From: Monosiga brevicollis MX1
Lineage: Eukaryota
Reading direction: 5' to 3'
NCBI RefSeq assembly: GCF_000002865.3
Contig: NW_001865082.1
Span: forward strand, 5,894 to 69,893
Length of the DNA stretch: 64,000 bases
The notes under the pieces were generated by a model. The model saw only the letters and a program-made list of their open reading frames with translations. It had not been told where the DNA came from and did not search any database. The position numbers and the translations under genes are program-made. Shown in pieces: positions 1-12,656 of the stretch. The first letter of the stretch is position 1. Each line of letters starts with the position of its first letter.

Positions 1-941
1 CGTACCTCGAGCATGCACCTTACACCCGCCAATTTCCATTTGCCCCACGTCGCGCTCATGTGCACTGCTTTAGTCGTGAGCTCCTTCAGCCTCGCACCCT
101 TGCTCGCTCTCATCAACAACATTTTGGAGATCCGAGTTGATGGCAAGAAGATGGTGCGTGACTTGAAGACTCCTTTGCTTCTGCTGTCAAAAGGCAAACG
201 CCACTCACGCCTCGTGCTTATTATGGCCTGCCAGTTGACGCTGTTCTTGCGCGCACCGGCGGAGCGTGCCAACACGATTGGCATTTGGAACAACGTCATT
301 GGCTTCATTGCCACACTCTCTGTCATCACCAACGGTACCGTGTACCTGCCCTCGCCATTGCCCGGCTTGGCCATCCTTCAACGGCTTTAACGCACTCAAC
401 AACGAACCTTGCCGTGTGTATCTGGGTGCATGAAATAGGTCTTGTCATTACCTTGACATCAGACTTCGTCGACCGCCGTGTGTATGCTAGTCGCAACGGC
501 GGCTCTATGAATGGCTACATCCTTTCCATCTATTCGCCCTCCCCGCTCGAGAACTCCGACTCGCCCAACCTGGTAAATTCACCCAGATGCCATTTGACCA
601 GCCGTGACTCTGCGGACTCTTGGCTCGTTCTCAACCCGAGCTGACTTGTTCGTCCGTTGATCTGTTCTCCTTTGATTAGGAGGATTGCTACTATGCCGGC
701 GTGTACGATGAAAATGGTGAGCGCAACACTTTGTATTGGGAGATCTGGTTTGCCAAGGCGGCCTTCTTCATCATCTTTGAGCACTCGGTCTTTTTGGTCA
801 AGTACATTGTGCAAGCCGCATACCACAAAGTTCCCCGCTGTGAGTGCCGTGCTCGTCTACACGTGACCACTTATACGCTCTGCCTTGCCGTTTGGCAAGG
901 CTGGTGTAACCTGTCGCATGCTTTTTTTTTTTTTTTTTCTT

Positions 942-986
<45 letters not shown>

Positions 987-1491
987 CTTTTCTTTTCTTT
1001 TTTCTGAGCCATGCTGCTGGTCTGTGTGCTGATAGGGGTCCGAATTGCAAAGAAGCGTGAAGCCTTTTTGGCCCGTGCCATCATGGAAGGCCTCGAACCA
1101 GACCACTACACCAAGGTATTGACGCCCGCCAAGCACACTGACATTGAGTATTCTTTGCTTTTGCTGTTTCAGAGTTGTCTCCTCTTCATTTGCTTGGCGC
1201 ACTCAATGTTTTTTGTGCGGCAGGCACAAGAACATGAGGTGCAGGATGTAGAGCAAAATACCGAGGCCGCAGCCAGCAAGCAGGAGCAATTCTCTACTGT
1301 GGACGAAAATAGTCTTGCGGGCGATCAGGTAGCGTGCCTGTCCCAACAAAGAAGCCCGGCGCTGTTTGTTCTCCAGCCTTCACACTGCTCTGGGTGGCTT
1401 GCAGGCTGACATTAATAGTGAGCCGTATTATCCTTCGCTGGGCAACTCCCAGTCAAAGGGAGGGCCATACTACCAGGAGTCTACAGCATGA
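1..1491 (+). CDS. Anoctamin/TMEM16 family protein, 3' portion (spliced; 5' end outside window)
   Basis: Exons give SFSLAPLLALINNILEIRVDGKKM, RAPAERANTIGIWNNV...LSVITN, DCYYAG...YWEIWFAKAAFFIIFEHSVF, all canonical anoctamin C-terminal motifs. Inferred last exon (from ~1405) ends ...YYQESTA* at 1491. Confidence 0.93.
922..1003. repeat. Poly-T/T-rich tract in an anoctamin intron
   Basis: Near-pure T run visible; it generates the spurious poly-F/poly-K ORFs. Confidence 0.95.
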
Positions 1492-1674
1492 GCAAAGCAT
1501 TGCACAACGCTTTGTTGTTCTGCAACACGCATCCATCTCGCTGGCCTTGAAAACATTAAATTTTTCATTCGGGTGGTCTCAGCAAGGAAACCATGCCTCC
1601 TTTCGCAACTATGGAAGTTTATGCGTCGATTGAAAAAAAAAAAAAATTGAGCTAGTGCTTTCGCACAATCCGTG

Positions 1675-3296
1675 TCATCTCGTGGGGTCTTTGTGAATCA
1701 GTCGAAAGCCGCGCGGGCTATCCAGGGGCCAAAGTGGCTTCTTTGCGTGCCGATTGTCCATGAGTTCGAGCTCAATGGCCAGCGCTTCTGCCACCATGCC
1801 TGGAAGCACCTCACTGCAAACAGATACGAGCCCGGTCAAGTGAATGTGATCACAGATGGCACAAGGACGTGAAGGGGGCAATTCACAGGAATGACGGACA
1901 CTGTGCTGGACGCTACTCACCGACAGCCAGTGCAGGAAATGTGCAAGGCAGGGTTGACATTCACCTCAATCAACCATGGGTTGAAGTCGGAATCGATCAT
2001 GAAATCAAATCCCAGCAAGTCAAAAAGACTGCGGCCAAACGAAAAAGGCCACTGATGAGCTTGCAAAGCACGTGCAGACTGAGGTGCTTGTGCTACCAAC
2101 CCAAAATCAGTGGCCAATTGCGCCTTGGCTGCTTGAAACGTTTGCTTCATGATAGCACACATTTGTGCTTCGAGGTGAGCCACCAATGGCACGCCTTGCT
2201 CCTCCAAAACACGAGAGCATGCGTCTCCATGATGAGCCTCGAGATAGGCACAAAACTGTGCCATGGTCCACACCTACCCCCGACCCCCGCCCGCCCCAAA
2301 CACATGAGCGGCTTCAAGCGAGTGTCTATGCAATGCATCTCATGGGATGACTCGACAACAATCCGGCGGGGTGGCCCTACTGTGTCGTCTTTGTTGGCCT
2401 TGTAATCGTCTCGCAGCTTTTGTTGATACTGATTTGTGAGATGGCTGGACGAGTCGTTGAAATCGTCTTTGTTGTATGTGCCCACGGCAAGCCGTAGGTA
2501 GCCCTGATGATAAAAAACAAGCGCTGGTTTGGGGCATCTGGGGGGAACATTGCATCGATGAAGAGATTGAGGGCGGGCAGACCAACAAGACAGAGGCGGA
2601 ATTTGAAGCGGGCAAGTCGGCGCATGGCGTTTGAAAGCCATGCACGTACGCTATAAGCATATAGCAGCGTATATCAAACTTTCGACCATCCAAAAGCAAG
2701 GGCTTTTGGAGGTATTCTTGAATCAGTCGGGGCATAGGGGGCCTGTGATTCACCATGATGGCGCAAATGAGAAGACCCAGACAATGGTGCTGCCGAGCTA
2801 ATAAAGGCCGCGGGGGCGATGCATGCTAACCTAGAGCGACGATCTGCGGGCTCTGAGGCAGCTGCTGCTTCTTCGAGTAGAAATTTTTGTGCATCGGGCA
2901 CCAAAGTGATGCCCTACTTTTCGAATGTAATGAAGCAGGGGAATGTGTGAGTGCCCCTTGGAAAGTGGGACCATTTGTCAAGAGCAAAAGAACCTGACCT
3001 TGCCTTGATTCATACCGGTAGGCTTGCAAATCCACACAGCAGACGGCTTTCGTGCGGCATGATCTCTAAAAGCGGCAAGCTCTCTGCCCATGGGGGCGCA
3101 TTCACGCGGCTGAGGTGCTGTTGTTTGATGCGAAAGGATGGTGGCCATCACGGCGCGACGCTCACTTGGGGTCATCAAGCTGGTATGTGGCGGGCAAGAA
3201 GGACGGGAGTGGTATCAAAGCCGCTTCAGAGCGAGTGGACCGAATGGCCGTCGGGGAACCTCGGCGCAGCTCCTGCGCGCGGCTGTAGGCTTGTAA
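1675..3296 (-). CDS. Tubulin-tyrosine-ligase-like (TTLL) protein, probably TTLL10-type glycylase; 5' end lost in N-gap
   Basis: Exons encode WICKPTGMNQG, LIQEYLQKPLLLDGRKFDIRCYMLIA, FYHQGYLRL...HLTNQYQQK and FDLLGFDFMIDSDFNPWLIEVNVNPALH (ATP-grasp TTL motifs). WICKPTxxNQG resembles TTLL10. Confidence 0.9.
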
Positions 3297-4200
3297 NNNN
3301 NNNNNNNNNNNNNNNNNNNNNNNNNNNNNNNNNNNNNNNNNNNNNNNNNNNNNNNNNNNNNNNNNNNNNNNNNNNNNNNNNNNNNNNNNNNNNNNNNNNN
3401 NNNNNNNNNNNNNNNNNNNNNNNNNNNNNNNNNNNNNNNNNNNNNNNNNNNNNNNNNNNNNNNNNNNNNNNNNNNNNNNNNNNNNNNNNNNNNNNNNNNN
3501 NNNNNNNNNNNNNNNNNNNNNNNNNNNNNNNNNNNNNNNNNNNNNNNNNNNNNNNNNNNNNNNNNNNNNNNNNNNNNNNNNNNNNNNNNNNNNNNNNNNN
3601 NNNNNNNNNNNNNNNNNNNNNNNNNNNNNNNNNNNNNNNNNNNNNNNNNNNNNNNNNNNNNNNNNNNNNNNNNNNNNNNNNNNNNNNNNNNNNNNNNNNN
3701 NNNNNNNNNNNNNNNNNNNNNNNNNNNNNNNNNNNNNNNNNNNNNNNNNNNNNNNNNNNNNNNNNNNNNNNNNNNNNNNNNNNNNNNNNNNNNNNNNNNN
3801 NNNNNNNNNNNNNNNNNNNNNNNNNNNNNNNNNNNNNNNNNNNNNNNNNNNNNNNNNNNNNNNNNNNNNNNNNNNNNNNNNNNNNNNNNNNNNNNNNNNN
3901 NNNNNNNNNNNNNNNNNNNNNNNNNNNNNNNNNNNNNNNNNNNNNNNNNNNNNNNNNNNNNNNNNNNNNNNNNNNNNNNNNNNNNNNNNNNNNNNNNNNN
4001 NNNNNNNNNNNNNNNNNNNNNNNNNNNNNNNNNNNNNNNNNNNNNNNNNNNNNNNNNNNNNNNNNNNNNNNNNNNNNNNNNNNNNNNNNNNNNNNNNNNN
4101 NNNNNNNNNNNNNNNNNNNNNNNNNNNNNNNNNNNNNNNNNNNNNNNNNNNNNNNNNNNNNNNNNNNNNNNNNNNNNNNNNNNNNNNNNNNNNNNNNNNN
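3297..4200. other. Assembly gap (N run)
   Basis: Ns. Other gaps are at 18034-18234, 19688-19817, 23642-24222, 25808-25923, 45304-45353 and 50665-50990. Confidence 1.
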
Positions 4201-4201
4201 G

Positions 4202-4336
4202 ATGCCGACGGTCGGGGCCATGTTGGAGATGGCGCAGGCTGGTGACCTGAGTCGCGTGACTCCGGCTGATATGCGTGCAATTGGTAGGTGGGGTTGATGG
4301 CGTGTGGGGTGTGTTGGTATATCCCTTGTTTGTGAA

Positions 4337-4378
<42 letters not shown>

Positions 4379-6553
4379 ACTGTTCATTTGTGGCCGCCCA
4401 CGCGCGCAGACGGCATGGGTCAAACAGCGCTTCACCTGGCCATTGGCCAGGGCGACATTAGGGCTGCGCAGGTGCTCATTGAGGCTGGCATTGACGTCAA
4501 TCGTGATCGCACGTTCCGAGTAAGTGGGGCAACCTGTCAAGAATTTGTTGCAGGGCTGCCTTGTCCATGTTTACGAGGCCTTCTCACCGCGGGTTGGCCG
4601 GTAGGGATACGGGCCTCTACACATGGCTGCAGGCAAAAATTTGACCAGCCTTGTTGAGCTCTTAATACTCGCGGGTGCCGAAGTCAATAGGCTTGCCGTT
4701 AGCCGGTTCGATTGTCTGCCTGGTCCCATTCCTCCGGCCCCTTAGCCTTTCTGCACGTCCCAAAGTCCATGTTGCCTGCCTTGCCTCACGGCTGGTCTTC
4801 ACAGCATGACGCCGTTGCACATTGCAGCTAAGCAGGGTAGCCTTGAGGCGGCTCATCTGCTGCTCGAACACGGCGCACACGTTCATACCGTCGATCGAGT
4901 CAGTCCCTAACATCACCTTGCTTGTGTAGGCTTGCCCTCCCCCGTTTTTTTTCCCCCTCACCGCCTCCATCAAGAGGCACCTGCCGAGACTCGGAAATGG
5001 TTTTCATTATCACCTTGGCTTCCAACTGACTATGGGGGCGCCCGGGTGCCTACGCCGCTTTTTAGACTGGAAAAACACCGCTGGACTATGCACGAGATCG
5101 AGGCGATGAGGCGCTCACGGCGCTTTTGAATGCTCGGCGCCAAGCCGACGACGACACTGACAATGGCGCTTCTGCTGCCCCTCCAGCAGCGGGGCTTCCA
5201 TTCATGGTGAGACTGGTCTCTGCCCTTTATCGCCTTCACCCCTTCATCGCCTTCACCCCTTCATCGCCTTCACCCCTTCATCGCCTTCACCCCCAACATA
5301 AGCTTCCCCTCACGCTCCTTTACTTGCTGGCTCAGGTTCGTTGCTATGATGAGCGCGCTCGGACCTTGCGCCACACCTTGGATGCTCAAATAGCCCAGCG
5401 CCAGCGACAGGAGAAGGCATTGGCAGATCTGCAGGCGGCCGTGGATCAGCGACTGGAGCAAAACATTGCCCAACTTCGAGCTACTGCACAGCAAGAAAAG
5501 CATGAGCTCGAAATTGTTCACAACATGGATCTCAATGTTGTGCGTGACCAAGCTCGAGCGACAGAGCGCGCCCTTCGCGTGGCTGAACAGCAGCTTGACA
5601 ATTGGCGTGCAACCCTGTTGATGGGAGACCCTGAGCTTTTGGATGTCTCTGATGTGGCCACAATTTGTTCACGCCTTGGGCTTCAAAACGCAAGCACAGC
5701 TCTCACTCAACACAACCTAGACGGTCCAGCACTCTTTGCTAGCAGCGAGCGAGATCTCGTGGCAGCCCTCAACTTGACGCGCCTCGGCGATGCGCGCCGC
5801 CTGTCGCTGTTTCGCGGAAGCTTCAAGCAACGACAGCTGTCATCGCGCCTCATCAATCTGGATAGTCTGTATGAACGGGGCGCCGGATCGAGTGCTCAGG
5901 TCAACAGCAAGGTGACACACGCCGTGGATGGTAGTTCAGACGATACATCCGACAGTAGTGAGGCCGTGGCTGCTCGCCTGAATCGCCAGCTCATCTCCAA
6001 CGTTCAAGAATGGACTGTCGAAGAGGTGTTGCGTTTCTTGCGGCTCCATGAAGAAGCGCCCGAGCCGTGCCTCGAAGCCGTTCAGGCGCATGACATTGAT
6101 GGCGCTGTCCTGTGCTCCCTGACCCGGGAAGACATGTCCACTTGGCTGCCCACATTGCCGGGGCCGTTGCAAACGGTGCTGCTGGATGTGGGGGGGCGCT
6201 TGCGTCTTGCAGCCGAAGGTACACAAAATCACGATGCAGAACAGCTTGCTGCCCTAGTAGAGCAGCTGCAAACCCTCTGTGTGCAGTACTCCCAACGCTA
6301 CGAAACCTTGACCAACCCACCCGATGCATACGTGTGTCCAATCACGCGCAATATCATGGAAGATCCCGTTGTGGCAGAGGATGGCAACACGTATGAGGGT
6401 GAAGCAATCCGAGCGTGGCTAGCACGCCATTTGACCAGCCCCCTCACCCGTGCGCCCATGGGACCTAATACCATTCAGAATCAGACGCTGAAGCGTGCTA
6501 TTAGCGCCTGGCGTGCTGCCTGCATTGCCTCGGCACTGAGTGCCTCCTCCTGA
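4202..6553 (+). CDS. Ankyrin repeat - coiled coil - SAM - SAM - U-box protein (putative E3 ubiquitin ligase)
   Basis: Ankyrin exons GQTALHLAIGQG, GYGPLHMAAGKN, MTPLHIAAKQG, GKTPLDYA. SAM-like segments include EWTVEEVLRFL...HDIDGAVLCSLTREDM. U-box PPDAYVCPITRNIMEDPVVAEDGNTYEGEAIRAWL...SPLTR...NQTLKRAI. Start uncertain because it abuts a gap. Confidence 0.9.
5226..5293. repeat. Intronic minisatellite, ~4 x 17 bp (TTCATCGCCTTCACCCC)
   Basis: Direct tandem copies visible inside the intron ending at the AG near 5336. Confidence 0.9.
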
Positions 6554-7270
6554 ATCGATGTCATCAGATGTGCTTGATTTCATGTGATTTCACCTTTCGT
6601 GTCGTATCTCAATGTGTTCCGAGGCACATCGCGTTACTCTCATCAGTCACCAACACAAATCACAATAATAAAAATTATCGTTGAGTTTCGTCGTCTTCAG
6701 ACTCCACGTCGGGTTTTTGTACAAGTGCTGCGCAAATGCTCAAACCTGAAACCTCTAAGCCCTGAACTTGAACAAGTGAGGCTTTGAAATTCCATCGTCG
6801 CGAAAAAGTTCGCCAGAGGAAGCCTCGTTCTACTTTTAAAAATGTGGCCAAAATTATTGAAAAATATGCTCGAGAACTGTGCTGCACACATGCAATCAAG
6901 GTTGCACGTCGCCGACTCTCTCGTCGTCTTTGTGCCTGGAAAGAATACTGGCAAGGGAAGGAATCTTATGTAGTGTTAATTCGTCTGGGTCACTCTAAAC
7001 CCATCAGCTCCCACTGGGCGCACAACACAAACACAACGGGGAGGACTTTGGCTGTGCCAGCCAATGCTCCCCCCCATGATGACTTGAGGACCTTGAATGT
7101 ATGGTCACGGGCACGGCCCGCGTTTCAAGTCATGATGGGCAAGCAGACAAGCAAAAAAACAAACAAAAAAACAAAAAACAAATCGGAAGGCTCTGCAGGT
7201 AGACCAGCGGACGCTCGATCAAGGTAGATAAGCCTTGTTCAAGCTCGAAGGTCAAGATGCAAGCCACCCT

Positions 7271-10200
7271 TTACGGTAACAACGTCCATGCAACATGCTA
7301 GGGGAGGAGATGGGTCACAGACACATGAGATTCATCTGTTGTGGTGATACTGATTTTTAGTCAAGCTTGCATGAGCTACACCAGGTAAGCTTACCGCTGG
7401 GTTACAATTGTCAGGAAACGGAACACCAAAGCGCTCCAAAATACGCTGCGAAGTGACGTTCATAGTGACACACAGAATGTTGAGGCCCGTCACGTTGGAG
7501 TCAAGAGGCTGCAGGTAGCAATAGCAAAGCGCGAGCAACACACACCTCAATCTGCTTGAAGCGATCCAAAAAAGTGGTGGGTTGCTTTCGGTGGGCCAAA
7601 ACGGCCAGATTGGCATGCATGGCCACCTGCCGCACGTAAATAGCCGCATATTCGGTGCTCACAATCCGATGACTGGACACGGCCACAAACTTCTCCATGC
7701 CCTTGCGAATATGCACAGACACTCGGTAGTTCAAGGAATCCAATGGCTGTAGATTGAAGGCCCGGGGTGAGTGCAAAGACAATGAGCACGGGGGTCGCTG
7801 CGGAAGCTGCGACGCTAACGCACCTCGATGACAATAAAAACAAAGTTGACAGCGCCTGGAAGCCAGTCACGATCAAATTCCTGATGCGAATCATTGAACA
7901 CCTGGAGACAAATCCGGATGGAAGAGGCGAGCTGTCAAGAAGGGCGGTGGAACCAGGGAGGAAACGTCGTGGGCCAGCATCGTACCAGAGTCACATGGTC
8001 GTTGCTGATGAAGCGAGTCTTGTTCATGCACTTCTCATCGCGCTCGAGGTTCGGCATGAGTGTTGCCACATGGAAGACGACGCTTGTCAACGCATCCTGT
8101 CGACAAAGCAAGCCCAGCGTGAGAACAAGAGTTTTTGAAGATATGTCAAAGCTTGCGCCTACGTACCTTCCAAACATAAGCAAAGAGACCATCACGATCC
8201 TCCTTTGTATCCAAGCCGCCGCAGTACTCCGAGGCATTCCTCAGCCGAATCAGATTCTACTCGGGAGAAGGGGCACAAGAGCAAGAAAATCAAAGTCGAT
8301 GAGGTAAAATGCAAGAAAAACAAAAATATTATCCAAAATACAAACAAACAAGGGCCACGGGCCAGCCGCTGTGGTCCACGGCGAGCAAACAAAGCCCGAT
8401 AGAATGCGCAGAGGGACGAGCTGAAAAAAGGTGTCGCAGGTTCATACCCCAAGACCCTCGAGAAACTGTGTGTAGCGCAGCGAGCCGCACGGATTTCGTA
8501 AAATCTCTGGAGCCGAGGCTTGTCCGGGTGCCACATACACGACGCCAATCTTGTGCGTCTCCAACGCAGGCGTCCGATCTAAGAGCTAGAAAACCAAAAG
8601 AAACAGCATCGTCGACGCAAGGGCCAAGAGCCAGGAGAGAGACACGTGAGAACCTCCTTCCAACTGTTTGATGTCACAGCAAGGCAAGCCACGCGGACCT
8701 GAAGGGCGCCATACAGCTCCGAGTTTTCAAACGCGTTTTGTGAAATGGTAATCTGATTGTGGTCAAAAAGCTTTTCGGTAAACGCCGTGTTAGTGGGTGC
8801 AGGCGTGAACGAGTCCTTGGGTCGTGTGCGACGCGCAGGTTCGGCATGTCCATCCCCGCTATTAGGAGGTGCGGCACGCTGCAGCGCCAAGAGCGAATCG
8901 CTCTCCAGCAGATAAGGAGGCATTCGCGTGTTGGAGAAGGCAAAGCGGATAAGGGAGCTCGAGAGGACGATGTCACTCTCCTTGCGCGCATCCTCAGCCT
9001 GCAAATCAAACTTGTCGAGCAGTTCCTGTGCAATCGCTAGCTGCGGATGCGCGGCGATGGTCGAAGAGCGACGGCGTCCTCGTTGACCTCGGCCCGTGGT
9101 CTTCTTCTCATTGCTCTCGGGAATGTCCCCCGTCTCGCGTGCATGGCCGGACTGAATCTTCCCCTCGGAATAGCGCTTTGAAGCCATTTGCTGCTCGCGC
9201 ACCTTGCGCCGCGTGGCCTCGAGAAGCGAACTGTCTAGGGAGCTGTGACGTGGCGGGGCCGCAGCGCCTTGATCATTGAGACGCGCAAGTCCCGTTACAT
9301 CATTGACCACAGGGTCCTGAAGCAAAGCCAAGGTTTTTGAGCCAAGTTCAGCCTCGCCGGCGAGAGCGTTGCTCGACGTTTCATCAACGTTGTTTCCTGA
9401 ATCTGTAGACTCGACAGCACGGGTCGCGGCGGTCGAAGACGCTCGTGCAACGCCCGAGGTAGATTCTTCGGCCACATCGTCCAGTTCTTGAGAGGCAGTT
9501 TTTTGTTTGCGCCGGTCATCCGACGGTGAGACTGGCGATGGCGAGTTGGATATTGAATCGCGAGTTGGAACGGCCGCCGCTGTGCGGATGGCCGACAACT
9601 TGCTGGGGGCCTTGCGAAGCTCCTTGGTGGGGGCCGATTCCTTTTCTTCCTCAGAGGCCGCCTTTGCTTGCTGCCGTACCTGTGGTGCATCAAAGCGCGT
9701 TGAGCCCTTGGAGATGATGGAGGTGACCACCGCTTCTCTGGGAGAAGTTTCAAGTTCCTCTCTGGGTTCCGTGCCGCCCCGAGCGCGATCTGTGTTCTTC
9801 GCCAAGGGCAAAGGACGATCGTTGGGTAGCGGCAGGTCGGACAGAAGCGGCGCCTTGTCTGCGGTATTGTGGGGGTCCGACCGCAGAGGTGCGGATTTGT
9901 TTGCATCACCGCGAGCAGAGGCATCGGTGTCCTTGTTGTCATTGGACAAAGCTTTGTCGTCGGCATCTTGCTCAGAGCTGCTAACAGAGGGCTTGGTGGT
10001 GGGTGGCGCGGTCGTGCTAGCGCTGGTCACGCCTCCATAGCCATCAATGCGCGTGCTGCTGGTGCGAGTGGGGGCCATTGAGCCACTGGTGTCGGATGGC
10101 TCGACGGTGTCCGCCTCGGTGCTCGGTGCTGGTGACACCGCACCAGGTGAATGATCCTTAAGCTCATCACCCGCACGCCGCATTACGATTGGATCAAAGG

Positions 10201-12610
10201 CGGGGTGCGTGGCCTCGGGCACAGCAGGAGCGCTTGCAGGCCCTTCCAGCGAGCTAGCACGAAGGCCTCGACTCGGGGTTGGCGATCCTGGCACTAGCAA
10301 AGATGGCGAGCGCGGTACTGGGACGGCCATTGTGGGCAAGCCCATACTATCCCGAGCTTGTGCCTAGCGTCGTCGTCAGATGTGCATTGACGCGAAGTGA
10401 TTGACCAGTGAGTAAGCGCTGTAAGAGATTGACAGGCCAGAAAAAGTTGGAGAGACAGAAAAGGAAAAGCTGCGAGCAAGAAAACAAACAAAAAAAAAAA
10501 AAAAAGCGTGTGTTTAAAAACTATACCGTCAAGTCTTCCGTGCTGTATGCATCGCGAGAACCGCTTGCGCGGGAGTGTGCTGCTTCGACCAGCGTGGCTC
10601 TGCTTGTGACGTTTGGGGGTGAGCGGCTTAGATCATCCAGCGACATGGCTGACCGGGGTGGCCCCAACGGGAGTGAAGATGACAAAGTCGTCCGCCTCGA
10701 CCGAAAGCGTTGCGTTGCACGGAGCTTCATCACACCCCGAAACTTGGAAGGCGAATCCTCTGAGTGCCACGAAGAGAAAGGCGGGTCAGAACAAGATAAT
10801 GGATGAGTCAGCCGTCCCGTAGAAGTGAGGTGCAGACAGCAAACTGCCCAGACGTTCACAGTGCAGCAATGCGCTTGCGCAAGAGAAGTAGAGAAAGAGA
10901 GAAGGAGAGAAGGAGAGAAGGAGAGAAGGAGAGAAAGAGAGAAAGAGAGAAAGAGAGAAGGAGAGAAGGAGAGAAGGAGAGAAGGAGAGAAAAAGAAAGG
11001 GGGAGGGGGATAGCAGCCGTGGCTGCATAGTGGTATGATGTGCGCGTGGTGTACCTGATGGATCTTCGCTCAAATTTTCCTCTAGATTGCGAGCAAGTTG
11101 TGCTCTTTGCAGGCGGGTCATGTCCAGCGCAGATGCCATCGGCAGGGACCCAGGCAAGGAGGAAGCCACGGGTTCGTTTGTGTCCTCACGTTGCATAGCG
11201 GCCTCGCGCACAATTCGGCTTTGCTCCTCAAAGTCTGCCTCACCCAGGGGTATCACGTCCAGCGCATCCGTGTTCTCTGGATAGTGTTCGGACGCGGGTG
11301 ATGCCATGTTGCTGTGATCGGTCTGCAGGGCCGAGCGTTGGCTCACACTTCGTGAACGGGGTGGCAATAGGCCGCGAGAGGGCACCATGCTGAGATTAAG
11401 AGGTGTGATGGATACCTGACGCCGATGAACCAGGTTGTTGCTGCTTGGTGCTGCACTGCTTCGGTCCATGCGACTGAGACTGAGGCGCCTACGGCGCGCC
11501 GATGCCAGAGTCTCACCCACAGCATGCTCCTCCAGCTCATCGGCCTCGGCATGTTCATTTGCGTCACTGCTACCCTCATGTTCGTTCAGGTCCGCAATGG
11601 TCGTAACATCATCGTCCCCGTTTGCACTGTCGGCATCCTCATTGTCGTCAGTGCCCATGAATTCACTAATCGCAGAGTTGGAGAGCACTCGACGACGAGA
11701 GATGGGGCTATTAGGGGCACTGAGGCCCTGGTATGGCTGCAGCGTACCACTGCGCAAAAGTGGACGACGCATCAAAGGCCCACCGGTAGTCTCAGCCTCA
11801 GAAGAGAGGCCAGCGCCGAAGGTAAAAACGGGGTCAGCTGCAGGCAAGGCACTGTGCACGCGACGTAATTTGTTGTGTTCGACTACCGCGGGCAAAGGCT
11901 CATCCAATGTTTTGAGCACGTCGCCGGGAAACACCGCCGGCGTCTGCGTTTGTGCAGCCACTTTGAGGGCCGGCCGCTGCTCGACTCGACTCGGCGAGGC
12001 GCTCAGAATGCTCGGGTTCAGATCGAGGACGTTGAGCGAGTTGACAATCGGGCTGACGCCGCTCCCGCTGTTGGCACCACTCGCTGGTCCTGGGGCACCT
12101 CGCCGCGCACCCTCCTCAAAGACATCACCGCTCTCTTCTTGAAGGGATTCGAGGTGGCTAACCAAGTCGGGTCCTAGCGATTTGAGCCAAACATCCAAAG
12201 CAGAGCTGCCCTGAAGTACCGGCTCCACGTTGGACATGATGCGTGTAATCCAAGCCACTGTGCCCACGCTTGATCGCAGACGCATCTACACGGTAACGTG
12301 GCATGTAAACGCAATATGAGCCACACCTGGCGAAGTGGGGCGCAACTAGCCCAAACAGCCTCTTGAATCAAATGCCACCCTCCCCCAACATACATACACG
12401 GACATTGATGCTCTGATCTCACCTCCATCCAGCCTGAAGGGCTACAGCGCGCGGTAACTAGCACGTTGCCGTGCCGCCAGTAGGTCACGTGTGTATCTGA
12501 GGGTAGGTAGGATAGGGTGGAGGCATTTTTCATCCGGAAGAGGCTTTCTACATCTGGCGGCAATGCCTGTCACCAGCCAACCCACAAGAATGCCTCATGA
12601 ACTCTGGGTG

Positions 12611-12656
<46 letters not shown>

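Noticed and set aside
798..1202. Poly-Lys/poly-Phe, (SL)n, (ER)n, (CV)n and (TH)n ORFs throughout the window
   Set aside because: Translations of homopolymers and microsatellites.
2951..4540. Long ORFs filled with X (also near 18000, 23500-24500, 25500-26100 and 50570-51220)
   Set aside because: Artefacts of translating through N gaps.
5226..5293. 17-bp direct repeats as a possible CRISPR array
   Set aside because: No spacers, no cas genes, intronic eukaryotic context; it is a minisatellite.
6584..7227. AT-richer segment with short ORFs between the U-box gene and the TSC2 3' end
   Set aside because: No recognisable domain or transposon ends; probably converging 3' UTRs.
8579..12285. 588-aa and 499-aa ORFs as independent genes
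   Set aside because: They are large disordered internal exons of TSC2, flanked by TSC2-specific exons.
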